DNA of 64,000 nt from Candidatus Poriferihabitaceae bacterium (GTDB taxonomy: Bacteria > Pseudomonadota > Gammaproteobacteria > Arenicellales > Poriferihabitantaceae): contig CBDFMY010000003.1 in assembly GCA_965249835.1 (NCBI GenBank), forward strand, positions 289,602-353,601, given 5' to 3'. The notes under the pieces are model-generated. The model searched no databases. It was not told the DNA's origin and was given only the letters and a program-made list of their open reading frames with translations. Position numbers and translations under genes: made by a program. How positions within the stretch are numbered: the first letter of the stretch is position 1; each line of letters starts with the position of its first letter. This document shows positions 1 through 10,206 of this stretch, piece by piece.

Positions 1-1
1 G

Positions 2-715
2 GGTGTCAAGTCGCTTTACATTATGGCTCCCAACTATGCCGCCGGAAAAGATATGGTTGCAGGTCTTGAGAGTACTTTCAATGGCAAAATAAAAGGCAAG
101 GACTTTACCAAGTGGGGTGCGGATGCACAGTTGGACTTCTCCGCCGAGCTTGCAAAAGCCAAAGCATCGGGTGCAGAAGCGATTTACGTGTTTTATCCCG
201 GTAAAGCAGGCGGTCCATTCATCAAGCAGTACGAACAAGCAGGTCTGCGTAATGTGATGCCTCTTTATAGTGTCTTTACCGTCGATTCCAACACACTTCC
301 GAAACTGCAAAATGCCAATCTGGATGGTGTATTGGGCTCAAAAAATACCCAACAGTGGTCGCCCGACATGGATAATGCAGCAAACAAGAAGTTTGTTGGT
401 GACTATCTGGCAAGGCATGGCGTGTATCCCTCCTTTTACGGTGCCCAGGCTTACGACGCCATCATGCTTATTAAAAGCGCCGTGGAGGCTGTAAACGGCA
501 ATCTTGATGACAAGAACGGCATCCGCAATGCACTCAAAGCGGTAAACTACAATTCAGTACGTGGCAAATACAGCGTGGGTAACAATCACATGCCGATTCA
601 GAATTTTTATCTTCGTGAAGTAGTCGAGGATGCTGAAGGCCGTTGGACTACCAGGATTGTCAAAACAGTTTACGAGAACCATCAAGACCCCTACGCCGCT
701 ACCTGCAAGATGTAA
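2..715 (+). CDS. ABC transporter periplasmic substrate-binding protein, branched-chain amino acid (LivK / type-1 PBP) family; 5'-partial, runs off window start
   Basis: The frame is open from nt 2 (GVKSLYI precedes the listed Met at 23). It is followed co-directionally by LivH/M/G/F-like genes. Confidence 0.8.
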   Translation, partial: GVKSLYIMAPNYAAGKDMVAGLESTFNGKIKGKDFTKWGADAQLDFSAELAKAKASGAEAIYVFYPGKAGGPFIKQYEQAGLRNVMPLYSVFTVDSNTLPKLQNANLDGVLGSKNTQQWSPDMDNAANKKFVGDYLARHGVYPSFYGAQAYDAIMLIKSAVEAVNGNLDDKNGIRNALKAVNYNSVRGKYSVGNNHMPIQNFYLREVVEDAEGRWTTRIVKTVYENHQDPYAATCKM

Positions 716-812
716 TCGAGTTGGTTTATCTCCCCTACCAAATGTTGTCAGTCGCGCAACTTCTGGCAGGGTGAGCGACAAACTCTAATATTCTACCCGG
801 AGTAATTCAATA

Positions 813-1739
813 ATGGACTGGAATCTTTTAATTACTCAGTTGATGAATGGGCTACAGCTTGGCCTCCTGTTGTTTTTACTGGCCTCTGGCCTGACGCTAA
901 TCTTTGGGATAATGGATTTTATTAACTTGTCCCACGGTTCCTTCTACATGATTGGCGCCTACTTTTGCGGTGCTATTGTTGCCAGGACAGGGTCGTTTAC
1001 TTTGGGCATTGTGATAGCTCTGGTTGGCGTATTTATTGTTGGTGCTGCGGTTGAATGGTTCATCGCTCGCAAGCTCTATCGAAAGAGTCACCTTGATCAT
1101 ATTTTGGTGACCTTTGGCCTCATTCTAATCTTCGACACACTCGTCCATTTGATTTGGGGGGCATCCGGCATGTCAATCCCGCTGCCGGAAGTATTAAACG
1201 GACAAATCACCATGGGTTCATTAGTGCTTCCCACTTATCGGTTGGTTATTATTATTGCCGGATTGTTAGTCGCCGCTGGCCTCTATGTCATGGTTGCCAA
1301 AACGCGGCTCGGCATGCTGATTCGCGCCGGGGCGGCTAATCGCACGATGGTAGAAGCACTTGGTATCAATATCGACCGCCTGTTTCTAATCGTCTTTGCC
1401 ATTGGTGCATCTATGGCCGGTCTCGCCGGGGTGCTAATTGCACCGATTACAGAAGCAAGTATCGGCATGGGTAATGACATCATTATCATCGCCTTTGTCG
1501 TAGTGATTGTCGGCGGCATTGGTTCCATCAAAGGTGCTTTTTATGCCGGACTAATTATTGGCTTGATGGAGACCATGAGTCGTTCCTATTTGGATGATTT
1601 GTTGAAACTCTTTATCCCCGGCGATTATGCAGAAACTGCAGCTCCTGCCATATCAGCCGTGGTGGTCTATATCCTGATGGCAGCTATACTTGCGTTTCGA
1701 CCTCAAGGTCTGTTTCCACCGGCCGGGGCGAAATCATGA
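813..1739 (+). CDS. Branched-chain amino acid ABC transporter permease (LivH family)
   Basis: 308-aa polytopic membrane ORF. It has a 4-nt ATGA overlap with the next permease gene. Confidence 0.88.
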   Translation: MDWNLLITQLMNGLQLGLLLFLLASGLTLIFGIMDFINLSHGSFYMIGAYFCGAIVARTGSFTLGIVIALVGVFIVGAAVEWFIARKLYRKSHLDHILVTFGLILIFDTLVHLIWGASGMSIPLPEVLNGQITMGSLVLPTYRLVIIIAGLLVAAGLYVMVAKTRLGMLIRAGAANRTMVEALGINIDRLFLIVFAIGASMAGLAGVLIAPITEASIGMGNDIIIIAFVVVIVGGIGSIKGAFYAGLIIGLMETMSRSYLDDLLKLFIPGDYAETAAPAISAVVVYILMAAILAFRPQGLFPPAGAKS

Positions 1740-2698
1740 TTAGACTGCCACAAGAGTTTTCTTCCAAGGTGTATCTTGTGATAATCGCTTTTCTGGCAGT
1801 CGCGCCTTGGATTTTCCAATGGATTAATCAACCATTTTATCTTGACCTACTCAGTCGTGCCCTGATTCTTGCTATTGCGGCGATTAGTCTCAACCTGATA
1901 CTTGGGTATGGGGGGATGGTTAGTTTGGGACACGCTGCGTACCTGGGCATTGGTGCCTACTGTGTAGGAATTCCGGCTTACTATGAGTATTACAACGGTT
2001 GGCTACATATTGGTTTGGCAATAGGAGTCAGTGCCACCTTTGCTCTGATTACCGGCTTAATCAGCCTGCGCACTAAGGGTGTCTACTTCATTATGATCAC
2101 CTTGGCGTTTAGTCAGGTGGTCTATTTCACGTTTTTGAGTTTGGAGGAGTATGGCGCAGATGATGGCTTGGTGATTTATCTGCGTAGCGAATTTCCCTTC
2201 TGGTTGTCCATGGAATCCAGCACGGCGCTCTATTACTGGATATTTGCTCTGCTGATTATCACTCTGCTACTAATTCACAAATTAATTCACGCGCAATTTG
2301 GGCGTGTAATTGTGGGTTCAAAGTTCAATGAGCAACGTATGCAGTCACTGGGTTTTAATACCTATCGCTATCGACTGACCTGTTATGTTTTGTCTGCAAT
2401 TATCTGTAGTCTTGCCGGTGTTCTACTTGGCAATTTCACCGGCTTTATCAGTCCTGAAATGATGGGATGGACACGCTCTGGGGAACTCATATTCATGGTC
2501 ATTATTGGTGGTGTCGGTACCGCGATTGGACCGCTTATTGGCACCATCACATTTATGCTTCTGGAAGAAATTCTGTCCGCAATGACCGTCTACTGGCATC
2601 TCATATTAGGTGTCATTCTGATTGCTTTGGTGCTGTTTGGCAAAGGCGGGCTCCATGGCATCCTCTCCGGTTTCGATCAATCGAAGGCGGGAAAATGA
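1736..2698 (+). CDS. Branched-chain amino acid ABC transporter permease (LivM family)
   Basis: 320-aa polytopic membrane ORF. Its stop overlaps the ATG of the ATPase gene (ATGA at 2695-2698). Confidence 0.88.
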   Translation: MIRLPQEFSSKVYLVIIAFLAVAPWIFQWINQPFYLDLLSRALILAIAAISLNLILGYGGMVSLGHAAYLGIGAYCVGIPAYYEYYNGWLHIGLAIGVSATFALITGLISLRTKGVYFIMITLAFSQVVYFTFLSLEEYGADDGLVIYLRSEFPFWLSMESSTALYYWIFALLIITLLLIHKLIHAQFGRVIVGSKFNEQRMQSLGFNTYRYRLTCYVLSAIICSLAGVLLGNFTGFISPEMMGWTRSGELIFMVIIGGVGTAIGPLIGTITFMLLEEILSAMTVYWHLILGVILIALVLFGKGGLHGILSGFDQSKAGK

Positions 2699-3447
2699 GC
2701 CGCCCACTGCTTGAAATTTCTAATCTGAATAAAAGTTTTGGTGGCATTATCGCCACCAAAGATGTGAACCTGAATGTCATGCAAGGTGAAATACATGCGG
2801 TCATCGGACCCAATGGTGCCGGGAAAACTACGCTCATCTCCCAGCTTTCAGGCCAGTTGAAACCGAACAGTGGGAGTATTCGTTTCGACAATCATGACAT
2901 TACCCGTTACAGCATTGCGAAACGAGCCCGTGCAGGACTGGCGCGATCGTTCCAGATTACCAGTGTCATCATGCCGATGACCCTTCTCGAAAATGTGATG
3001 TTGGCAGTACAAGGCACCACCGGTCACTCATTCCGTTTCTGGCAACCGGTTAAGGAAGATAAATCTATGGTAGATGTCGCGATGCAAAGCCTCTCTCAGG
3101 TTGGTTTGGATAATCGTGCAGATCGCTTGGCGGCCAACGTCTCGCATGGAGAACAACGGCAGTTGGAGATTGCGATGGCGTTGGCCATGAATCCTAAAAT
3201 GCTCCTGCTGGATGAGTCCATGGCAGGTATGGGCAAAGATGAATCTAACAACATAATCACAATACTTAATAAGTTGAAAGGCAATAAGACTATTTTACTG
3301 ATCGAACATGATATGGATGCGGTTTTTAATTTGGCCGATAAATTGTCGGTGATGGTTAATGGCCATGTCATTGTTACTGATACTGTCATTAACGTTCGTA
3401 ACAACCCGGAAGTACAAAAAGCTTATCTCGGGGATGGTCATGCTTGA
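2695..3447 (+). CDS. Branched-chain amino acid ABC transporter ATP-binding protein (LivG family)
   Basis: The track ORF 2467-3447 starts inside livM. The homologous start is MSRPLLEISNLNKSFGG at 2695. Walker A GPNGAGKTT, signature SHGEQRQLEIA and Walker B LLLDE are present. Confidence 0.9.
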   Translation: MSRPLLEISNLNKSFGGIIATKDVNLNVMQGEIHAVIGPNGAGKTTLISQLSGQLKPNSGSIRFDNHDITRYSIAKRARAGLARSFQITSVIMPMTLLENVMLAVQGTTGHSFRFWQPVKEDKSMVDVAMQSLSQVGLDNRADRLAANVSHGEQRQLEIAMALAMNPKMLLLDESMAGMGKDESNNIITILNKLKGNKTILLIEHDMDAVFNLADKLSVMVNGHVIVTDTVINVRNNPEVQKAYLGDGHA

Positions 3448-4141
3448 GATCGATAATATAGAAACGTATTACGGCTCTATCCAAGCGCTGTTCGGCATGT
3501 CACTGCAGTGTGAGAAATATAAAGTTACCACGTTGATTGGAAGAAATGGGATGGGCAAAACTACTACTGTGGAATCTGTCATGGGCATCAATCCTGTTAA
3601 AAGAGGGAAAATTACATTCAATGGACGGTGTATTAGTCGACTCCGGTCATTCAAAATCGCGCAACTCGGGATTGGACTGGTACCGGAAGAAAGACAGATA
3701 TTTCCAAACCTGAGCGTTCGCGAAAATCTGATTGCTACAGCGGTGAATGACAGCAACAACAAACATTCCTGGACACTGGGACGTGTTGTCGATCTCTTTC
3801 CCTGCTTGGCTGAACGTCTTGACAATATGGGAAATCAGCTCTCTGGTGGTGAGCAGCAAATGCTTGCAATCGGCAGAGCATTGATGCTGAATCCAAAGCT
3901 ACTGATTTTGGACGAAGCCACTGAAGGTCTTGCTCCGCTCATTCGGCAAGAAATTTGGGCAAGACTCACCGAACTCAAGGAAACAGGACTAACGATACTA
4001 CTGATTGACAAGAATATTAATGAGTTGGCAAATATTACTGACCGTCATTACATCATCGAGAAAGGTCGGGTTGTTTGGAACGGTGATTCATCTGCGTTAT
4101 TCGCTGATGCTGATCTTAAATCTCGCTATCTTGGCGTCTAA
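3440..4141 (+). CDS. Branched-chain amino acid ABC transporter ATP-binding protein (LivF family)
   Basis: The homologous start is MLEIDNIETYYG at 3440 (alternative ATG at 3434). The track start 3359 lies inside livG. Walker A GRNGMGKTT, signature LSGGEQQMLAI and Walker B LILDEATEGL are present. Confidence 0.9.
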   Translation: MLEIDNIETYYGSIQALFGMSLQCEKYKVTTLIGRNGMGKTTTVESVMGINPVKRGKITFNGRCISRLRSFKIAQLGIGLVPEERQIFPNLSVRENLIATAVNDSNNKHSWTLGRVVDLFPCLAERLDNMGNQLSGGEQQMLAIGRALMLNPKLLILDEATEGLAPLIRQEIWARLTELKETGLTILLIDKNINELANITDRHYIIEKGRVVWNGDSSALFADADLKSRYLGV

Positions 4142-4244
4142 TTGCTGTTGTCTGGAAATGAATCGACAGTTGCGTGACACAATTCTCTATATGCTCAATT
4201 TCTGCAGGGGAAGGTTATGAGCGGAACAGCATTACCGTAAACGC

Positions 4245-4535
4245 ATGAAACCAGATTTTTTATTTGTTTTGTTCACGGTGCCGTTAAGTTTGCAGATCGG
4301 GTCCGGTCAACATTCTGTTGGCCGGTTTGGGGCAAATCATGGGATTCGTAAAAATCCGCCATTTGTCGGTGGTTTGATTTGTTCGGTAACGCTGATTTCG
4401 ATTGCCTGCTTGCTAGGGCTGCAAGTTTTTCTACAAAACAAGATTGTTTATCGAGGTTTGATTATTGTCGGATCGTTTTACATCATGCATCTGACTGTTA
4501 AGTTGTATCGTCTGCAGTCGCAAAATATTGAAAAA
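4245..4535 (+). pseudogene. N-terminal ~95-aa stub of an RhtB/LysE-family amino-acid exporter
   Basis: The translation ...LSLQIGSGQHSV...GLIIVGSFYIMHLTVKLYR parallels the first two TM helices of RhtB (LSLSPGSGAIN...LKWAGAAYLIWLGIQQWR). The rest of the family's ~200 aa is absent. The frame simply reads on into rRNA sequence. Confidence 0.6.
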
Positions 4536-4538
4536 AGC

Positions 4539-4758
<220 letters not shown>

Positions 4759-4834
4759 CACCAAAAGAGACTTCATCGTTTCGGAGCGTCCACACAATTT
4801 TCTTGGATGGTTGAACAAGAAGGTCCATAACGCA

Positions 4835-4868
4835 ACGCGCGGGATTTTAAATTCCCGTGCGTTTTTTT
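4835..4868 (+). terminator. Rho-independent terminator downstream of the 16S fragment
   Basis: 10-bp stem ACGCGCGGGA / TCCCGTGCGT (one G-U pair), 8-nt loop, then a run of 7 T (4862-4868). Confidence 0.7.
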
Positions 4869-4886
4869 CGCACCCGTTCACTCCAA

Positions 4887-5579
4887 TTAGTGATAATCGC
4901 TCCCAATAGAACCGAAACGACTTTCCGTCCATTTCGAGAAACGTAAAACGGGATAGCAATATACGAAATAAAAGACGGCAATCAAAAGGTAGATAAACAT
5001 GATATCTCCTGGCATCCGCATAATGGCAACTTCGCCCTGACGCGTTAGTTCGGAAATTCCAATGACAGACAAAATCGCCGTGCTCTTGATTACAATCACA
5101 TAGACGCTTGCCATTGGTGGCACGGTCAATTTGAGGGCTTGTGGAATAACCACATTGTATAGCGCCTGCGACTTGGACATACCCACCGAACGTGCGGCTT
5201 CTTCCTGCCCTGAAGGCACTGCAAAAATTGCAGACGCAATAATCTCAGTAACATACCCCGATGTGTATAGTGACAACGATACAATCGCAGCGGTAAAACT
5301 ATCGAAACTCAACCATTCAACCCCAGTTGATGGCAAAACAAAATAAATAATGTAGAGTTGAACTAAATAGGGTGAGCCACGCAGAATGTGTAAGTAAAAA
5401 TTTATGCCACGGGTAAACCAGGAAAAGTGCAGCGTCTTCAGCACGCCTAGGGCGAAGCCCAAAAACGAACCTAGCAAAATCGCGATGATAGAGATTTTAA
5501 ATGTGACGAACAGCCCTTGCATTAGAAACGGCGACAGGCTATCAATGATTTCCCATTTGTTATAAAGCCATTCCATCAT
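4887..5579 (-). CDS. Polar amino acid ABC transporter permease (HisM/HisQ-type)
   Basis: Multi-TM ORF. The start is refined to MMEWLYNKW (ATG at 5579), 10 nt after the upstream permease stop. The track start 5633 overlaps that gene. Confidence 0.85.
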   Translation of the reverse strand: MMEWLYNKWEIIDSLSPFLMQGLFVTFKISIIAILLGSFLGFALGVLKTLHFSWFTRGINFYLHILRGSPYLVQLYIIYFVLPSTGVEWLSFDSFTAAIVSLSLYTSGYVTEIIASAIFAVPSGQEEAARSVGMSKSQALYNVVIPQALKLTVPPMASVYVIVIKSTAILSVIGISELTRQGEVAIMRMPGDIMFIYLLIAVFYFVYCYPVLRFSKWTESRFGSIGSDYH

Positions 5580-5589
5580 TTTAATCCCA

Positions 5590-6282
5590 TCAGTTGCTTC
5601 GCCAGGCTGAACCGCCCAGCTTCGTTTGCACAAACCCGGAAAAAATCAACATCAAGATATAAATGGCGAGATAGCAAATTGCCGTTGTGACATAGCTTTC
5701 CGTGGCAACCACAGTTTCGGAGAACATCAAAAGCCCGGCCCCCATCAACTCAAACACTGCAATGATGCTAAGCAATGACGTATCCTTGATTAATATCGCT
5801 GTTTGGCCGAGCAAAGGTGGGATCACATTAGAAATTCCTTGAGGCAAGGTGACGTAAATCATGACTTGGCGCTGGTTCATACCTACGGATCTGGCACCTT
5901 CGATCTGCCCCTTGGCGACGGATTCGATGCCAGCGCGTATGATTTCACCCATATGGGGTGCGGTATGTATAGTCAGCGCGATAATGCCAGTTTGTCTTTC
6001 ATCAAAGAAATTACCGAAAGGCAACAACGCTGGAAGACCATAATAGACGAGATAAATCTGAATCAGTAGCGGCGTTGAACGGATGAACTGGATATAGCCA
6101 GCGGCAGTACGCCAGATAACACCGATGCGTGACATGCGCGCTAATGCAACACCTGTTCCCAGCGTGAAAGAAAGTATCAGGCAAAGCCCCGACATCCATA
6201 TTGTCGTGAATACGCCTTGTGCAAAGACTTCCCAATACTGTCCGACTATGCGGTAATTATAGTAATCAAGAAGCCAATCCAT
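5590..6282 (-). CDS. Polar amino acid ABC transporter permease (HisM/HisQ-type)
   Basis: 230-aa multi-TM ORF with an EAA-like loop (IEGARSVGMNQRQVMIYVTLPQ). Confidence 0.85.
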   Translation of the reverse strand: MDWLLDYYNYRIVGQYWEVFAQGVFTTIWMSGLCLILSFTLGTGVALARMSRIGVIWRTAAGYIQFIRSTPLLIQIYLVYYGLPALLPFGNFFDERQTGIIALTIHTAPHMGEIIRAGIESVAKGQIEGARSVGMNQRQVMIYVTLPQGISNVIPPLLGQTAILIKDTSLLSIIAVFELMGAGLLMFSETVVATESYVTTAICYLAIYILMLIFSGFVQTKLGGSAWRSN

Positions 6283-6327
6283 ACTTGTCCAAACCTGCTA
6301 CTTACCACTTATATTAGTTCGTTATCT

Positions 6328-6357
6328 GCTACGGCAACCCTAAACGGTTGCCGTAGC
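6328..6357 (-). promoter_or_regulatory. Intercistronic stem-loop between the binding-protein and permease genes
   Basis: Perfect 12-bp stem GCTACGGCAACC / GGTTGCCGTAGC with a 6-nt loop and no U-tract. Its position matches the mRNA-stabilising hairpins known between binding-protein and permease genes of ABC operons. Confidence 0.45.
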
Positions 6358-6378
6358 GTCGCATATTGCTAGTGGAGG

Positions 6379-7050
6379 TTATTTATGAGCTGCTTCCCAT
6401 TCTGTGGAATGCCACCAATACTGGAGCTTTGCATCGAGACGGCCGTCAAGTTTAATCGTGCGCATGTAATTATCCAGTGCCAATAGCAGATGAAGTGAGT
6501 TTGGCCGCACCGCAAAACCCAATGGTTCTTTCGACAACTGGCCATCCAGCACAACCAGACTTGGATCTGAATTAACAAACGAAGCGATGGTTGCTCGGTC
6601 AGTAATACCGCCATCTATTCGTCCGGCAGTAACCGCTTGAACTGTCTGCGCTGTGCCACCGGCATACTCTTTTAGTTCTGCATTGGAAAGTAATTTGCGT
6701 GCAATTTCAGACCAAGATGAAGCCTGGGTTGCGCCAACAGAAAGACCTTTTTTGTTCAAATCTTCCCAAGAACTAAATCCCTTGTCGGCTTTGGCGAATG
6801 CAACAATTTCTGAATAGAAAACAGGTTCGGTGAACACAATTTGCATGTGACGTTTCGCGGTTGGCGTCATATCAGCGGCGATCAAATCTGCCTTGCCGGA
6901 ACTTAACGCCGGAATCAGGCCTTTCCAATCGTAATCTTGAATCACCAATTCGACTTCCATATCGTCAGCCATCATTTGTGCAATCTCGATGGCAAGGCCA
7001 GTACGCTTTCCATTCTTATTGATAAAGCTTACCGGCGTGTATAAGCTCAC
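6379..7050 (-). pseudogene. Family-3 (polar amino acid) solute-binding protein gene, 5'-truncated
   Basis: The frame begins at YTPVSFINKNGKRTGLAIEIA, the family's first ligand-binding strand region. It has no signal peptide or N-terminal ~35 aa. The listed Met codon overlaps the stop of the IS remnant. Confidence 0.7.
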
Positions 7051-7325
7051 TGTTTCGCTGACAGATTCTTCCTCATTTCCAGTGGTGTTTTAGCACCGAT
7101 TCCCTGATGCGGCCAATGCTCGTTGTAGTAGAAAAGGTAGAGTTCCAGCTGCTGCTTGAACTCATCCAAACTCTCAAACACCGTATCGTCTATCAGGTCA
7201 TCATTCAACGTCCGCCAAAACCGCTCCACCTTGCCATTGGTCTGCGGTCGATAGGGGCGCGTGTAGCGATGACGAATGCCTTTCGCATACCACCGTCATT
7301 TGCGGCAAAGCCGCCGGTTTTGTGC
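7047..7325 (-). mobile_element. IS remnant: C-terminal third of an rve/DDE (IS481/IS3-type) transposase
   Basis: The reverse translation is ...GIRHRYTRPYRPQTNGKVERFWRTLNDDLIDD...YNEHWPHQGIGAKTPLEM. The frame is closed by TGA at 7296-7298. A DNG-like string further upstream is out of frame. The 5' part is missing beyond ~7317. Confidence 0.8.
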
Positions 7326-8505
7326 GCAACAGAACTTAGATTCAACTCTTAAGTGCAACTTCACCGTGAATAATGCCAGAAACATTCTGGATTCTTGGCA
7401 TGACGAAAAAAGGAAGCCGACATGCAGATAAAGCACATCGGCTTCCGGGTGCGTGGGTTCTATACTGTGGCTTCTTTTGCCTTAAAGGAGCACCACATGA
7501 GCACTTCTGCCCAACAGAAACGTCACGCCCTGATATTCTGGGAAAATCACGGCCTCAAAGCAACCATGGATTATGCCAATGTCAGCCGCTCAACCCTCTA
7601 CGCCTGGCGGAAAACCGCACGCGAACGTGGTGTGGCAGGGCTTGCTGATCGTAGCAAAGTGCCGCGTCACCGGCGCTGCCGTCAGTGGCCACGGATAGTG
7701 CGCGATCGTATCCGCCACCTGCGCCGGCGCCATCCCAACCTCGGACCGCACAAGGTCCGGGTGCTACTGGCACCCTAGTGTAAACAACACCGCCTGGCTT
7801 GCCCCAGCGCACGCACCATCGCCAGACTAATCGCCGATGCGGATGACAAAATGCGCATGGTGGCATTGCGCCTCGACCGCAAGGGGCGCACCAACCCCAT
7901 CAAAAAAGCCCACCGAGAGCGCCTCGGGCGCAACCTGCACACCCAATTCCCCGGCCAATGCGTCGCCTTTGATACCGTAGTGCGCTTCATCGGCACCACC
8001 CGCCGTTATATCTTCACCGCCACCGACCACGCCAGCCGCTTCGCACAACTGGTGCAGACCCTGTTTCCGGCACCCATCCGCCAAGTGCTGACCGACAACG
8101 GCAGCGAGTTCCTCGGCGCCTTTGACCAATACGCCCAACAGCAGGGCTGGCGACATTGCCATACCTATCCCCGATGTCCGAAAATGAATGCGTATAATGA
8201 ACGATTCAATCGCACCATTCAGGAGGAGTTTGTGGACTACCGAGAAGACCTGTTGCTCGACGACCTGCCGGGCTTCAACGACCATCTACTGGGATATTTA
8301 CAACGCTATAACGGCGAACGTCCGCACTACGGACTGAACTACCTGACCCCCTGTCAATCCATCGCCAAACTTTTGCCCGATTTGTCCAGATCATGGTGGC
8401 ATCATACAACCGATGAAGGAAAGGTGAGATGCAGTTATAATCCGCTCGAAATCAATAAAACTTCCCGGTAGCAATCATCCCCGATTTTTGCCAACCGCAC
8501 ACAAC
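7317..8505 (+). mobile_element. IS481-family-like insertion sequence with its transposase gene (7497-8471) inactivated by one in-frame TAG
   Basis: An RBS AAAGGAG lies 6 nt before ATG 7497. The N-terminal HTH part (MSTSAQQKRHALIFWENHGL...STLYAWRK) and the rve core (...LTDNGSEF...PRCPKMNAYNERFNRTIQEEF...YNGERPHYGL) share a frame, split by TAG at 7776-7778. Candidate terminal inverted repeats are GTTTTGTGCGC (7317-7327) and CCGCACACAAC (8495-8505), complementary at 9 of 11 positions. No target duplication was seen, so the ends are tentative. Confidence 0.7.
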
Positions 8506-8519
8506 CAATAAGGACTCCC

Positions 8520-9620
8520 ATGCTAACGGAATGGCTCCAACTCATCCACATAAAAGGGCTGCCGGTTGCCGCCAAGCGCAGACTGGTGACCGCGCTGGGC
8601 TCGCCGGCGGCGGTGTTGCGGGCTGATACCGCCACCCTCACCGGATTGCTCGGCACGACACGCCGAGCACCGCCACAGATGACCTATCCGAATGTGGATG
8701 CCGATCTCGCGGTTTTGCAACGCATCGGCGGCCGCTTCATCGACTTCAACAGCCCCGACTTCCCGCCTTTGCTCAACCAAATCAATGCCGCGCCCCTTGG
8801 CCTGTTCGTGCTGGGCAATCTCTCGTTGCTGTGCAGTCCGCAACTGGCCATGGTCGGTAGCCGCAAGCCCACTCCTTCGGGCCGGCGCACCACCGAGCAA
8901 TTGGCCGCCGAACTGAGCACGCTGGGCCTGACCATCACCAGCGGCATGGCACTTGGCATCGACCACTGCGCCCATCGCGGTTGCCTCGATGCCGGCGGGA
9001 AAACCATCGCGGTAATCGCCACCGGCATTGACATCGCCTATCCCCGGGGCAATCAATCGCTACACCGGGAAATCGCGGAAAACGGGTTGATTGTCTCCGA
9101 ATACCCGCCGGGCGTGCCGCCCAGACGCGAGCATTTTCCTCAGCGAAACCGGCTGATTAGCGGCCTTTCCCTAGGCACGCTGGTGGTGGAGGCGGGCATC
9201 CGCAGCGGTAGTTTGATTACCGCAAGGCTGGCCGGCGAACAGGGTCGGGAGGTGTTCGCCGTGCCCGGCTCCATACACATTCCGGTCAGCCGCGGCTGCC
9301 ATCACTTGTTGCGGCAGGGGGCGAAACTGGTGGAAACCAGCGATGACATCCTTGAGGAAATCGGGCAATTCTTCGCTGCGCAGCCCGGGCCGCAGCCCAA
9401 ACTCGGCGGCGAGCCGCTCGCTATGGCGGGCGGGCCCGGCGATTTGTCCGATGAAGTGGCGCACGTATACGACTTCATCGACTATACTCCCGCCGCCATA
9501 GACCAACTAATCTGGCAAAGTGGATTGACGGCGGACAAAGTTTCATACATCCTAACGGAACTGGAACTCAAAGGGCTGATCGCCACCACCACCGGCGGCT
9601 ATCAGCGTCTGCCTCAATGA
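8520..9620 (+). CDS. dprA: DNA-processing protein DprA (Smf)
   Basis: 366 aa, with the Rossmann-like core ITSGMALGIDHCAHRG...VFAVPGS. It lies in the conserved dprA-smg-topA order. Confidence 0.92.
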   Translation: MLTEWLQLIHIKGLPVAAKRRLVTALGSPAAVLRADTATLTGLLGTTRRAPPQMTYPNVDADLAVLQRIGGRFIDFNSPDFPPLLNQINAAPLGLFVLGNLSLLCSPQLAMVGSRKPTPSGRRTTEQLAAELSTLGLTITSGMALGIDHCAHRGCLDAGGKTIAVIATGIDIAYPRGNQSLHREIAENGLIVSEYPPGVPPRREHFPQRNRLISGLSLGTLVVEAGIRSGSLITARLAGEQGREVFAVPGSIHIPVSRGCHHLLRQGAKLVETSDDILEEIGQFFAAQPGPQPKLGGEPLAMAGGPGDLSDEVAHVYDFIDYTPAAIDQLIWQSGLTADKVSYILTELELKGLIATTTGGYQRLPQ

Positions 9621-9696
9621 CCGCCGGCGGCTTTTTGTTGCCGTGCCTTGACCTATCAACCCGATTCGTTGCCCTGAATTTACCGACCTGACTTCA

Positions 9697-10179
9697 ATGA
9701 AAGAAAACGTGCTTGATGTTCTCATCTACCTGTTTGAGAACTATATGTTTGACGAAGAAGAATACGAACCCGATCAGGAAACCCTGGCGCTGGAACTCAG
9801 CCAGGCCGGGTTTGAACACAGCATGATCGACCGTGCCTTCGACTGGCTGGAGAACCTTGCGCAACTGTGTGAGCAGAACGCCGCCGCGCCGTCCGCCGCC
9901 AATCAGGACGCGTTGCGCCACTACACATCGGCCGAGGCCGAACGTCTGGGCATTGAAGCCCAGGGCCTGTTGCTCAACCTTGAACAATGCGGTGTACTCG
10001 ACCCGGCTTCGCGCGAGATGGTTATCAACCAGCTCATGGCACTGGAAGTAGACAGCATCGACATCGATCACCTCAAGTGGGTGATTCTCATGGTGCTGAG
10101 TAACTACGCCGAAGGCAAAGGGATTTCCGAGTTGACCGAGTCGCTGGTCCTTAACGGACTGCATACCTGCATTCACTAA
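9697..10179 (+). CDS. smg: Smg protein (DUF494)
   Basis: 160 aa, MKENVLDVLIYLFENYMFDEE..., immediately after dprA as in many gammaproteobacteria. Confidence 0.88.
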   Translation: MKENVLDVLIYLFENYMFDEEEYEPDQETLALELSQAGFEHSMIDRAFDWLENLAQLCEQNAAAPSAANQDALRHYTSAEAERLGIEAQGLLLNLEQCGVLDPASREMVINQLMALEVDSIDIDHLKWVILMVLSNYAEGKGISELTESLVLNGLHTCIH

Positions 10180-10206
10180 ATAACCTTGATAAAGAATTCC
10201 GGTGGT

